Assembly (NCBI GenBank): GCA_964556685.1
Contig: CAZKWX010000001.1
Span: 11,417-75,416, forward strand
DNA length: 64,000 nucleotides
Reading direction: 5' to 3'
From: an uncultured Bdellovibrionales bacterium
GTDB lineage: Bacteria; Patescibacteriota; Minisyncoccia; Moranbacterales; DUUL01
A program made the translations under genes and the position numbers. The notes beneath the pieces were generated by a model. The model worked only from the letters and a program-made list of their open reading frames with translations, did no database searches and was not told where the DNA came from. Below, piece after piece: positions 29,453-37,933 of this stretch (positions are counted from its first letter, which is position 1; each line of letters starts with the position of its first letter).

Positions 29453-29874
29453 AAGAAACCTTTCTGGGCCTTTTTTGTTTCCAAGCGTTTTGTGATTTCT
29501 TCAACATTCTTATCTTTATTCCAAATAACTCTAACCAAGGCTTTATGCTCTCCGGATCTCAATGATTCTATTTCTTTTTTCACTTCATTTGGAGTCGCAA
29601 CTGACGACTTTCCACCGCTGGGAATTTCCACTTTTTCAGTGTGGGACAACTGGTCGTCCATGTAATATTCAACCGTGAAAGTTCTTTTTTGCGGTTCGGA
29701 ATTATTGATGAAGAAATCAAGATTGCTTAAATTACTATCTATAGTCTCAAATCCCACCACCACAAAACCACGAGTGGCTTTTTGGTTGAGAACTTTGTCG
29801 CCATGCCGAAACAGGATGCCAACGGCACCGAATATTATGATTAATATTAATACAATTAACAATTTTGACTTCAT
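29440..29874 (-). CDS. N-terminally TM-anchored hypothetical protein
   Basis: Single N-terminal TM helix, then a soluble domain. No motif recognised. Confidence 0.4.
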   Translation of the reverse strand: MKSKLLIVLILIIIFGAVGILFRHGDKVLNQKATRGFVVVGFETIDSNLSNLDFFINNSEPQKRTFTVEYYMDDQLSHTEKVEIPSGGKSSVATPNEVKKEIESLRSGEHKALVRVIWNKDKNVEEITKRLETKKAQKGFFIDL

Positions 29875-29880
29875 TTTTCT

Positions 29881-29960
29881 TGTTTTTCTTCCCCTCTTCT
29901 TAAGAGGGGACTGAATTCATTGGTTTTGAATTCAGGGAGTTCGTCGGGAGGCTGTTATGT
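29881..29960. repeat. hairpin-module repeat (CCCCTCTT-CTT-AAGAGGGG + CTGAATTCA-TTGGTTTT-GAATTCAG)
   Basis: The TGAATTCA-N-TGAATTCA hairpin module recurs at ~36518, ~47164 and ~58785. Confidence 0.6.
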
Positions 29961-29979
29961 TTACCAAGTATTATATTCC

Positions 29980-30363
29980 TTAATTATCCAGTCCTAATTC
30001 TTCTCTAATTTTGAACAAAATCCCGTCTAAATTATTATATATTTCATTGTTCCAAAATCTGACAGCCTTAATTCTTTGTGTTTTTAAAAATTCAGACCTA
30101 TTCTTGTCACTTTCTCTGCTACTTTCATAAGCATGTTGATCCCCATCTAATTCTATGGCCAGTCTCTTTCTAGGACAATAAAAATCTAAAATGTATTTTC
30201 CTATACTGTATTGCCGATAAAATTTGTATCCCTCAATTTGTTTATTTCTTAACTGTTGCCATAATTTTCCTTCAGCGTCAGTCTGATTTTTTCGAAAAGC
30301 TCGGGGCAATTGTTTAGATCTTTTTTGATTGTGTCGATTAGACAACATCTTTTTATTTATCAT
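29980..30363 (-). CDS. DUF559 / Vsr-like endonuclease-fold protein
   Basis: YRQYSIGKYILDFYCPRKRLAIELDGDQH matches the DUF559 (very-short-patch-repair endonuclease-like) core. ATG at 30363. Confidence 0.6.
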   Translation of the reverse strand: MINKKMLSNRHNQKRSKQLPRAFRKNQTDAEGKLWQQLRNKQIEGYKFYRQYSIGKYILDFYCPRKRLAIELDGDQHAYESSRESDKNRSEFLKTQRIKAVRFWNNEIYNNLDGILFKIREELGLDN

Positions 30364-30380
30364 TGACAACTGCCAGATAG

Positions 30381-30418
30381 CTAACTCCCCCTAACCCCCT
30401 CTTGCCAAGAGGGGGAAT
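30381..30418. repeat. partial family A element (CTAACTCCCCCTAACCCCCTCTTGCCAAGAGGGGGAA)
   Basis: Matches the 3' half of family A. Confidence 0.55.
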
Positions 30419-30430
30419 TCATATAATTTA

Positions 30431-32422
30431 CTAATTTCGCTTATAAATCACTGTGTTAGTTGAAGCATATACCTTAGAGAAATTATTTGAATTGTCAAAT
30501 TGGGCGTTGTCATAACCTTTTTTGAGCATGATGTATTTCACTCCGGTTTCGTCGTAACACTGCACTCCACGCTCGGTGTCTGGCTGAATAACCATGTCTC
30601 TAGTGCAGGTTTCTCGTTTCTTGTATATGTCGTCATAGCGTTTGTCGAAAGTCCGCGAAAGCGGATATTTATATCCCCGCATAAAAAATATTTTTATCCA
30701 CGAGTCTCCGGCCAAATGAGTATGGTCCTTGAGAACTTGTTCATCTTTAGTGGTTCGATCAGCCAAATACATTGAGGCCAAATAGGTTTGAAAAACTTCC
30801 TGATTTTTTCTGGGATCATGGTCACGAGCTGAGTCAGAAATGTCGGAAAAACCAGAAATAAATCCAGTTCCGAAGATGACTAGCCCGACAAGAATGGCCA
30901 ATGCCTTGGAAAGTCTTCGAGCAGAGAGGGCAAAAATTAGTACAACAGAAATGGCTGCCAAAATCGACATAGGGTAAGTGATGTAGCTAACGATTCTGTT
31001 GGAAGGAATGTCAACCTTCAAAAAGGTAGGTTTAACACTCATCAAAATGATCATGACAGTCCAAGCGAGCAAAAATCCCAGCGATGCCAAGATAAGAATG
31101 TTTTTCTTCTCATTGCCATCTTTGCCAGATTTTTTGAAGACAAAAAGCATAACTAGTGCGATGACGGCCAATCCGATCATTCCATAGAGAAATCTCCAAG
31201 GTCCAGCGCTGAGTATCACTGCTCCGATGGTCAGTCCAGTTCGAGTGGCCTTGACGGGTGTGCCCACGGCGGTGTCAATTGCTTCAGGATTGAGATAGGA
31301 TGGCTCGCGAACAAAGAAAAAGAAGAGGATCAATAAAATTACCAGGATCATGTTGCGGAAGGCAAAAAACGGTTTCGCATAAACTAGGAGGGCAGAAAAA
31401 AACTTTTTCAAATTGAAACGATAATAAATCAAAAGCGCTACGAGTAAAACTACCAAAAATCCAACCAGAGCATATAAAAATATATAACTGGAAAGATGAT
31501 GAGTATAGACCATAGTGGCTACAGCCAGAATAAAAGCCATGGCTAAGTTGCGACTCTTGAATTTCAGTGTTGTGACAAAAAGATAGATTACGAAAGGGAT
31601 GAAGAAGTTGCCAATGATGTTGCCAATCACGCCGCCAGAAACAAATTTGGCTCCCGGAGATGAAATTGCATAAAAAGTACCAGTGATGAGCAGAACAAAG
31701 AATGCAATATTTTTTGCCGTTCTTTTTTTGGTAAAATATTCACTCAAACGATAGGCTAAAATAAATATGGCCAGTAATGAAAAAATATTGATTAGAAACA
31801 AAGTGACAACCGGCATGGCACTGACAAAGGGAATCTTCGTCAATGCAGCAACCGAAGCAAAAACGATGTGTTCACCGATAATGAAATCTGGTTGGCCATC
31901 ATAGTCAGGCAGTGTTCCATTGGTGGTGATGTAACTGGACCAATACATGTGATGGCCCATGTCGGTGGTTTGGGGCATGATGCCGCGAGAAACATAGAAA
32001 CCACGAATGGCGACAGCGAACAATAGAATCAAAATAAATATTAAAATCTGCCGATAGGAGAAATGCCGCAAAGAGGAGAAGTAATCTTCTTTCGGTGTCA
32101 TCCCGGACTTGCCGTGCCCGCTCTTTGGAGGGATCCGGGATCCATTCTCTCTAGTCCTAAGTTTATAAACACCCCAGCAAAGAGCAGAGAACAGCAATAT
32201 GACCATCAAAATCCATTTTCCTGTGATGGGAATGCTGCCAAAATCCATCAGCATGACCAGAAAGTTGGTGGCAGTCAGACTCAGTCCGAAAGAAATGACT
32301 AACTTTTCCAATGCAGAAAACCGGTTTTGAAAGCGACCCAAAATAGCTAACATAAAAAAGAATCCCGGAATAAAAAGGACCAAAAAAATTGATAAATAAA
32401 GTTTTATTATGGGTATTAGCAT
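30431..32422 (-). CDS. large polytopic membrane protein with C-terminal extracytoplasmic domain (possible GT-C-like glycosyltransferase / polymerase)
   Basis: ~13 TM helices plus a ~150-aa soluble C-terminal domain. Sits in the glycan cluster. Family assignment uncertain. Confidence 0.45.
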   Translation of the reverse strand: MLIPIIKLYLSIFLVLFIPGFFFMLAILGRFQNRFSALEKLVISFGLSLTATNFLVMLMDFGSIPITGKWILMVILLFSALCWGVYKLRTRENGSRIPPKSGHGKSGMTPKEDYFSSLRHFSYRQILIFILILLFAVAIRGFYVSRGIMPQTTDMGHHMYWSSYITTNGTLPDYDGQPDFIIGEHIVFASVAALTKIPFVSAMPVVTLFLINIFSLLAIFILAYRLSEYFTKKRTAKNIAFFVLLITGTFYAISSPGAKFVSGGVIGNIIGNFFIPFVIYLFVTTLKFKSRNLAMAFILAVATMVYTHHLSSYIFLYALVGFLVVLLVALLIYYRFNLKKFFSALLVYAKPFFAFRNMILVILLILFFFFVREPSYLNPEAIDTAVGTPVKATRTGLTIGAVILSAGPWRFLYGMIGLAVIALVMLFVFKKSGKDGNEKKNILILASLGFLLAWTVMIILMSVKPTFLKVDIPSNRIVSYITYPMSILAAISVVLIFALSARRLSKALAILVGLVIFGTGFISGFSDISDSARDHDPRKNQEVFQTYLASMYLADRTTKDEQVLKDHTHLAGDSWIKIFFMRGYKYPLSRTFDKRYDDIYKKRETCTRDMVIQPDTERGVQCYDETGVKYIMLKKGYDNAQFDNSNNFSKVYASTNTVIYKRN

Positions 32423-32467
32423 TGATTACTACACTAATTATACGCCAAAATTAGGGAAAAACAACAT

Positions 32468-32496
32468 TTGACAAAATACTTATAAAATGATATAAT
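32468..32496 (+). promoter_or_regulatory. consensus sigma70-type promoter TTGACA-17-TATAAT
   Basis: TTGACA at 32468-32473, 17-nt spacer, TATAAT at 32491-32496. Lies ~85 nt upstream of the ATG at 32584. Flanked by the 11-bp inverted repeat AAACAACATTT / AAATGTTGTTT. Confidence 0.5.
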
Positions 32497-32583
32497 CATA
32501 GAATATAATAAATGTTGTTTTTTTTAAATAATCTCTCAATAGCGACGCAAAATAAACCAACAGAAATCAGTGAGGAAAGGAGA

Positions 32584-33015
32584 ATGGCCATGCAAAGGTT
32601 TATTGTCAAGCAAGGAAATTTTGAGGTAATGGAGTTTCCCGGTGAAAGTTTCTGTAAGGTGCCAGGCGCCGTTCATAATGGACAGCATTGGCAGGCACCG
32701 GGCAAGATTCTTGTTCAACTAGAGTCTGATGACGAAAGAGGGGCGGTATTCTCATTGTTTCATCCCAAAACGAATGGCGTTACAACTGGCCATGTTGACA
32801 TCATCTTCGCAATTCATGGGAAAAATGCGGAGTTGAGACGATATTCCGGGATGAAAAAAATATCATTAAGAAGTGCGCTCTTCAAGATGTTTTGGCCAGA
32901 TGGGCCGAACCATCTCATCGAGACCTTACGTTCATTGGGTGGTAGTTTCATCAAGAACCATCAGGCTACCCGTTTCGGACGAATCGTTATTTTGGCCGCT
33001 AACAGTTTGAATTAA
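32584..33015 (+). CDS. hypothetical protein
   Basis: GAGGAAAGGAG Shine-Dalgarno before the ATG at 32584. 143 aa. No recognised motif. Confidence 0.45.
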   Translation: MAMQRFIVKQGNFEVMEFPGESFCKVPGAVHNGQHWQAPGKILVQLESDDERGAVFSLFHPKTNGVTTGHVDIIFAIHGKNAELRRYSGMKKISLRSALFKMFWPDGPNHLIETLRSLGGSFIKNHQATRFGRIVILAANSLN

Positions 33016-33032
33016 TAAGCGGCATGAACAAA

Positions 33033-33077
33033 AAAGGTCCCGTCGACAGACAATTTGTCGATGGGCCTTTATCTTTT
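33033..33077 (+). terminator. rho-independent terminator
   Basis: GGTCCCGTCGAC-loop-GTCGATGGGCC stem followed by TTTATCTTTT. Lies 18 nt after the stop of 32584..33015. Confidence 0.6.
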
Positions 33078-33084
33078 AGAAAGA

Positions 33085-34194
33085 TTAATATTTCTTCATC
33101 TCATCCAAGTACCTTTGGCAAATTTGGTCCCAAGTAAAGTTTTCTTCTACGTACTGTCCTGCGCGTTTGCCGAATGCTCGAGTGAAGGCATCACCGGCAT
33201 CAAGAATTTTATTTATTTTTCCCAGCCAATGGTCAACATTTTCTGGATCAACCAAGAAGCCATTTTCCCCATCTTTAATTGCGTCAGCCAAACCTTCAAG
33301 ATTGGAAGCGACTACTACTCGTTCACAAGTTCCTGCTTCAATGGCGTTGATGCCAAAGCCTTCCATTGATCCGGGCACCTTGATGTTAGGCGAAACCACC
33401 AAATCAACCGTGTTGAGCAAAATTTTCAGGTCTTTTTGTGGTAGGGAGGGAAGGAGCTTCACCCGATCTTCCAAGCTATTTTGGATTATTGCTTGCTCAC
33501 AATTGAGAAAATCATCCGGGTCGCCAGCAGTATTCTTGTGCACTCGGTGTCCAGTGGCAATCATCACAACATTTTCAGCCAGCTTGGGCATGATATTTTC
33601 AATAAACCAACTGGTTCCTTTGTGGGGAACAAAGCGAGCTAATCTCAAAATTACTTTTTTGTTGTCTAATTTCTTTCCGAAAAGCTCAGCCAGTTCATCA
33701 CGATTATGGGATTCTCTTAATTCATTTGGATTGACACCATTGGGAATGAAAGTGCATAAATCTTGATCAATATCAACTTTGATGGCTTCGTCAATAGTCG
33801 TGGTACCAACCGTGAAAAGTTGATCCATCTTTTTCAAGGATGGAATGTTAGTCTTAGCGTAAATCTTTGACAGTAAACCATCTTTTCTGGCATAGACGAT
33901 ATCCAAGCCATGAACAACGCAAAAGAATTTTTTATTTTTATAAAAAGGCTTCAAGGCGGCACCAATGGGTGCTAAAATTCCACTGCCGAAAAGGCATGCA
34001 TCATATTTTCTCAACTGGAATAAGGCTATGAAAAAAGTCATTGGAACAAAAACAGGCAACCACCATTTGCCTTTCCCGTTTGTGATTATTTTTGTCTCGG
34101 TGATTTTCTGCAAACCACGAGACAGATCCCTGTTTTGATTTTCTATGCCTCCAACCAAAGGAGGGTAGGAATGTGATATAAAAAGTATCTTCAT
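33085..34194 (-). CDS. glycosyltransferase family 1 (GT4-like)
   Basis: MKILFISHSYPPLVGGIE N-terminus. C-terminal EGFGINAIEAGTCERVVVASNLEGL...GENG motif. Confidence 0.8.
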   Translation of the reverse strand: MKILFISHSYPPLVGGIENQNRDLSRGLQKITETKIITNGKGKWWLPVFVPMTFFIALFQLRKYDACLFGSGILAPIGAALKPFYKNKKFFCVVHGLDIVYARKDGLLSKIYAKTNIPSLKKMDQLFTVGTTTIDEAIKVDIDQDLCTFIPNGVNPNELRESHNRDELAELFGKKLDNKKVILRLARFVPHKGTSWFIENIMPKLAENVVMIATGHRVHKNTAGDPDDFLNCEQAIIQNSLEDRVKLLPSLPQKDLKILLNTVDLVVSPNIKVPGSMEGFGINAIEAGTCERVVVASNLEGLADAIKDGENGFLVDPENVDHWLGKINKILDAGDAFTRAFGKRAGQYVEENFTWDQICQRYLDEMKKY

Positions 34195-34202
34195 TTTAAA
34201 TC

Positions 34203-34246
34203 TGGCGACCCAAATATACGAATTAACACTCGAATGTTACGAATGG
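34203..34246. repeat. Family C element (GGCGACCCAAATATACGAATTAACACTCGAAT...)
   Basis: Begins 9 nt upstream of the GT1 start codon. Related copies at 63471 (abutting the pyrG start) and 60881. Confidence 0.6.
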
Positions 34247-34257
34247 GTTAAATGAAA

Positions 34258-34392
34258 TGTCATTCCGAGCGTAGTCACGTCGTTCTAGAATGACAGTGAC
34301 GTAGTCGAGGAATCTCGAGAATTTTAATTAGATTTCTCCACTTCGCTACGCGGAGCCTGCACTGAGCAAGGCCGAATGTGGTCGAAATGACA
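34258..34392. repeat. MITE-like element family B (long copy)
   Basis: ATGTCATTCCGAGCGTAGTC ... GTCGAAATGACAT terminal inverted repeats. Internal GAGGAATCTCGAGA and CTCCACTTCGCTACGC cores. Confidence 0.7.
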
Positions 34393-34394
34393 TA

Positions 34395-35393
34395 TTATTG
34401 ACTTTGCTTTCTTTTTTCGTAGATATCCTTCCTGCGACGATAGATCGAATCCTCGGTCAACTGACGATTAGATTTAATCATATCAGCCACTAGGGCAAAA
34501 ACTAAAAATTGAATGCCTAAGAGCAACGAAAGGGAAGAAAAAACAATCAGATTGATGTAGGGGGTAATTTTAAAGGAAGTGAAATAATTAATGAAAAAGA
34601 CGATAAAGCCAAAAGTTCCGATTGTTCCAAAAAATATTCCCGGCCAACCAAAAAATTTCATTGGTCGAACATCGCGGATGGCTTTCAGAATGAGTTTAAA
34701 GCTAGTAGAGACAAACTTCCAAATAGATTTGGTAATTCTTCCTTGCCGGCCAGAAAAATAGGTAACTTTGACTGGAATCCATTTGAGTCTAAGATTTTTT
34801 CCAATGGCATCAATAATTGTTTCTTGAGTATAAGTGAAATATAAGTTTGTCAAATTGAGTCGCAAAAGAGTTTCACTGTTAAGGGCCCGAAAGCCACAGG
34901 TCAAATCATCAGTTTTCTGATTGAGAAAAAAGCCAATTAATCTGGCTGCTAATTTGTTAAGGAAACTTCGAATCCATGGAATATTTTCCGCTTTCAGTTT
35001 TCCAAAGCGATTAGCAATTGCCATATCAGCCTCTTGTTTTATTACCGGAGATAGAAGTTTGGGAATGTCTTCTGGATTAAACTGGCCATCAGCGTCTACG
35101 TTGACCATGAAATCAGTCCCGTTTTTTAATGCGCTTTCAACGGCTTGGCGAAATGAATAGGCCAATCTTCGATTGGGCTTGTAGGAAACAATAATATCAA
35201 CCCCAGCTTCTTTGGCAACTTCAACAGATCGATCAGTCGATCCATCATCCACAATTTGAATTAATTTTTCCGTGATCACGCTACCGGCTCCACTGGAGTA
35301 AAAATCATTACTAAAACTTCTCTTTATCCTGGCCACAGTTTGGCCTAGTTTTTCTTCTTCATTATAGACGGGGAGATTTACAATAAGTTTCAT
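34395..35393 (-). CDS. glycosyltransferase family 2 (Dpm1/Dpg1-like) with C-terminal TM helices
   Basis: VNLPVYNEE, VDDGSTD and VDADGQ GT2 motifs. Two C-terminal TM helices. Confidence 0.8.
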   Translation of the reverse strand: MKLIVNLPVYNEEEKLGQTVARIKRSFSNDFYSSGAGSVITEKLIQIVDDGSTDRSVEVAKEAGVDIIVSYKPNRRLAYSFRQAVESALKNGTDFMVNVDADGQFNPEDIPKLLSPVIKQEADMAIANRFGKLKAENIPWIRSFLNKLAARLIGFFLNQKTDDLTCGFRALNSETLLRLNLTNLYFTYTQETIIDAIGKNLRLKWIPVKVTYFSGRQGRITKSIWKFVSTSFKLILKAIRDVRPMKFFGWPGIFFGTIGTFGFIVFFINYFTSFKITPYINLIVFSSLSLLLGIQFLVFALVADMIKSNRQLTEDSIYRRRKDIYEKRKQSQ

Positions 35394-35607
35394 GGGTAGT
35401 AGTTTGTAGTTGCGTTGAGATTAAAAAATATAACAACATTTAAACTTGCCTTTCTAAGGCATTATCACTATAATTATACTCCAAAAGATAATAAGTTACA
35501 ATATTCAACCCAAACAGTCAAGCACTTTTATATTGTTTTTTAAAAATAGCGGAGTACACTTTTGAATAATAAAATCACTTTTTCGGCAATGAAAGAGAGG
35601 TGTTCAA

Positions 35608-36219
35608 GTGACTATAATTCACGATTATCAGCCAAGCAATAAGGAAAAGTTAATAAGCGTGCTATTTCCAAAACTAGCACCTCCAAAACTGTCATTTTCC
35701 AGAAGAATGTGTAGGGAATTACTGGATGAATTCGGAGTGATTCTTGAGGATGAATTACTACCGCTTGGGGGAAAGGAAGAACATATCGTAAGTGCTTTTT
35801 TCGGAGTTTGTGGGAGGCAAGAGGAAACAATGAGGCAGATTTCAAATGAACTTGAAATCTGCTACACACACGTTTCAAGGTTGAAAACGAGAACTCTTTT
35901 TCAGTTAAGACATCGTGCAGGAAAAGAATTTATGGATGTCATAGCTAGGATATCAAAACAATGGGAAGGATTGAAAAAAGAGGTAACGGATTTAAGAAAA
36001 ATTAATTATCCATTCCCGGAAAAAATCTCGGTTTCAGGCCTCTTGTCCAAAGAAATTGTTGACATTCTTGAAGAAAAAAAAGTGTTTAACCTGAAAAAGT
36101 TAGCAACGTGCCCATTCTGGAAATTTAAAAGAATTGGCAAAAAACGCCAGAGAATAATAAAAAGTGTTCTAAAAAAACACATGCTTTATCCAGGTATGGA
36201 AGAGGAGGATTTCAGGTAA
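35608..36219 (+). CDS. putative transcription regulator: sigma-70 region-4-like HTH fused to an RNAP alpha-CTD-like helix-hairpin-helix domain
   Basis: EEHIVSAFFGVCGRQEETMRQISNELEICYTHVSRLKTRTLFQLR fits the sigma region 4 pattern. The C-terminal LLSKEIVDILEEKKVFNLKKLATCPFWKFKRIGKKRQRIIKSVL fits an alpha-CTD/HhH pattern. Confidence 0.45.
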   Translation: MTIIHDYQPSNKEKLISVLFPKLAPPKLSFSRRMCRELLDEFGVILEDELLPLGGKEEHIVSAFFGVCGRQEETMRQISNELEICYTHVSRLKTRTLFQLRHRAGKEFMDVIARISKQWEGLKKEVTDLRKINYPFPEKISVSGLLSKEIVDILEEKKVFNLKKLATCPFWKFKRIGKKRQRIIKSVLKKHMLYPGMEEEDFR

Positions 36220-36338
36220 AAAAGTTATCAAGATGTATAGTGGGTAAAATTTTAGATCATAAAACCGGGAGTCGTCGACACGATTAGCCGGTTTTTTGCT
36301 TGAAAAAAATACTCCATAGAGAACTCTATGGAGGACAC

Positions 36339-36370
36339 GTATATACGAACGTATATACGTTGGTATATAC
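36339..36370. repeat. GTATATAC x3 array (family D)
   Basis: gtatatac-gaac-gtatatac-gttg-gtatatac. Preceded by the perfect palindrome CTCCATAGAG-AA-CTCTATGGAG. Confidence 0.8.
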
Positions 36371-36419
36371 TAGTCTCAACTCGCTAGCATAGCTATGCAC
36401 TTTGGCAACTACTTATTTA

Positions 36420-36585
36420 AGTTTCCTCCCCTTGCTAAGGGTAGAGAATTGCGAATGAGTAATTCTTAAGGAGGGGTTAGTCTAAATGGCAGTAGTCGCC
36501 GGTCATACAGACGAACTCCCCTGAATTCATTACTAATAAATTCAGCACCCTCTTACTAAGAGGGGGGGGGAGCAAGAAGAAAAAA
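36420..36585. repeat. cluster of hairpin modules (CCTCCCCTT...AAGGAGGGG, CTGAATTCATT..AAATTCAG, CCCTCTTACTAAGAGGGGGGGG)
   Basis: Same module types as at 29881, 47141 and 58770. Confidence 0.55.
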
Positions 36586-37878
36586 TTATTTCCTTCCAAT
36601 CCCATGATATTTGATTCCCAGCTTTTTTATTGCTTCGTGATCCAAACAATTTCTTCCATCAACAATTGCCAGAATTTTGTTCTTCTTAAAATCCTCTGGC
36701 TTCAAATCCAGAAACTCTTGGTGATGAGTGGCCAAAATGACTGCCTTTGATTTTTGTAAAGCTTCTTTCGGTGACTTTGCGTCAGACATTCTGGGAAAAT
36801 AGGGATCGAATCTGATGACTTTAGCTCCTCTTTTTTCTAAGATTTTGATCATTTGCAAAGAGGGTGATTCACGAAGATCGTCTACGTTTTCTTTATAAGA
36901 AAGTCCCAAGATGGTTATAGGAGTTCCTTTGATTGGCAATTTGACCTTATTGAGAAGATTTTGCAGAATATCAACTGTATAATGAGGCATGAAACGGTTT
37001 ATTTCTCGTGCTTTGCGCAAAAAGTGATGATCAAACCCAGCCTTTTTCGCTCGCTCAATCAAATAATAGGGATCAACCGGAATACAATGACCACCCACGC
37101 CACAGCTCTGACGGAAGGCCATGAATCCAAACGGCTTAGTGGCGGCTCCGTCAATCACGTCTTTGAGATCAATGTCCATCTGATCAAAACTTTGAGCCAA
37201 CTCATTGACAAAGGCGATGTTGATGTCGCGAAAAGAATTCTCCACCACTTTGACCGCTTCAGCTTCCCTGATTGACTTCATTGGTTTAATTTCTGCATCA
37301 ATAATTGACTCATAGAACTCTTTGGCTATTTTCAATCCTGTTTTCGAAAGAGCACCAACTACTCGAGCAATATTGCTCACGTCATAACCGGCGCTAACAG
37401 AAACTTTTCCCGGGTCAATTCTTTCTGGACAGTGAGCTAAATAATAATCTCGTCCCTCTTTCAAGCCAGCATCCGCAAATATAGGTTCCACTATTTCTTC
37501 GCAAACACCGGGATTAATAGTGGATTCAACGATAACTAGTTGGCCCTTTTTTCGGTTTTTTATGATCAATTCCACGGCTGATTTGATTGGATCAAGAATG
37601 GGATAGAACTGCTCATCGACCGGGGTAGGCACACAAATAATCACCACATCAGATTTTTTTATACTCAAGCCGCTTGAGGAAACTGAAATCTTTTTCAACA
37701 AACTTTTTCGTTTCTCGATGAACTCATCTTTCAGAGGACTTTGCCCTTTTTTGACAATAGCTATTTTTTTCTTGTCTAAATCAATCCCAAAAACTTTGTG
37801 ACCCTTTTCTACACATCGGACTGCTAGTGGCAAACCTACATAGCCAAGACCAATGATAGCAATGGTTTTATTTTCCAT
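36586..37878 (-). CDS. UDP-glucose/GDP-mannose dehydrogenase family nucleotide-sugar dehydrogenase
   Basis: N-terminal IAIIGLGYVGLPLAV Rossmann fold. Catalytic region GFMAFRQSCGVGGHCIPVDPYYL. 430 aa. Confidence 0.85.
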   Translation of the reverse strand: MENKTIAIIGLGYVGLPLAVRCVEKGHKVFGIDLDKKKIAIVKKGQSPLKDEFIEKRKSLLKKISVSSSGLSIKKSDVVIICVPTPVDEQFYPILDPIKSAVELIIKNRKKGQLVIVESTINPGVCEEIVEPIFADAGLKEGRDYYLAHCPERIDPGKVSVSAGYDVSNIARVVGALSKTGLKIAKEFYESIIDAEIKPMKSIREAEAVKVVENSFRDINIAFVNELAQSFDQMDIDLKDVIDGAATKPFGFMAFRQSCGVGGHCIPVDPYYLIERAKKAGFDHHFLRKAREINRFMPHYTVDILQNLLNKVKLPIKGTPITILGLSYKENVDDLRESPSLQMIKILEKRGAKVIRFDPYFPRMSDAKSPKEALQKSKAVILATHHQEFLDLKPEDFKKNKILAIVDGRNCLDHEAIKKLGIKYHGIGRK

Positions 37879-37933
37879 TTACGTTTTATAATTTTTTATA
37901 ATAATTCAATTCACTTCTTTATTCTAGTCTTAG

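Noticed and set aside
29420-29665. 81-aa plus-strand ORF
   Set aside because: Overlaps the minus-strand gene 29440..29874 and the candidate sRNA terminator. No RBS.
33167-33766. 199-aa plus-strand ORF
   Set aside because: Lies entirely antisense to the well-supported GT1 gene 33085..34194. Low-complexity S/P/A-rich translation. Shadow ORF.
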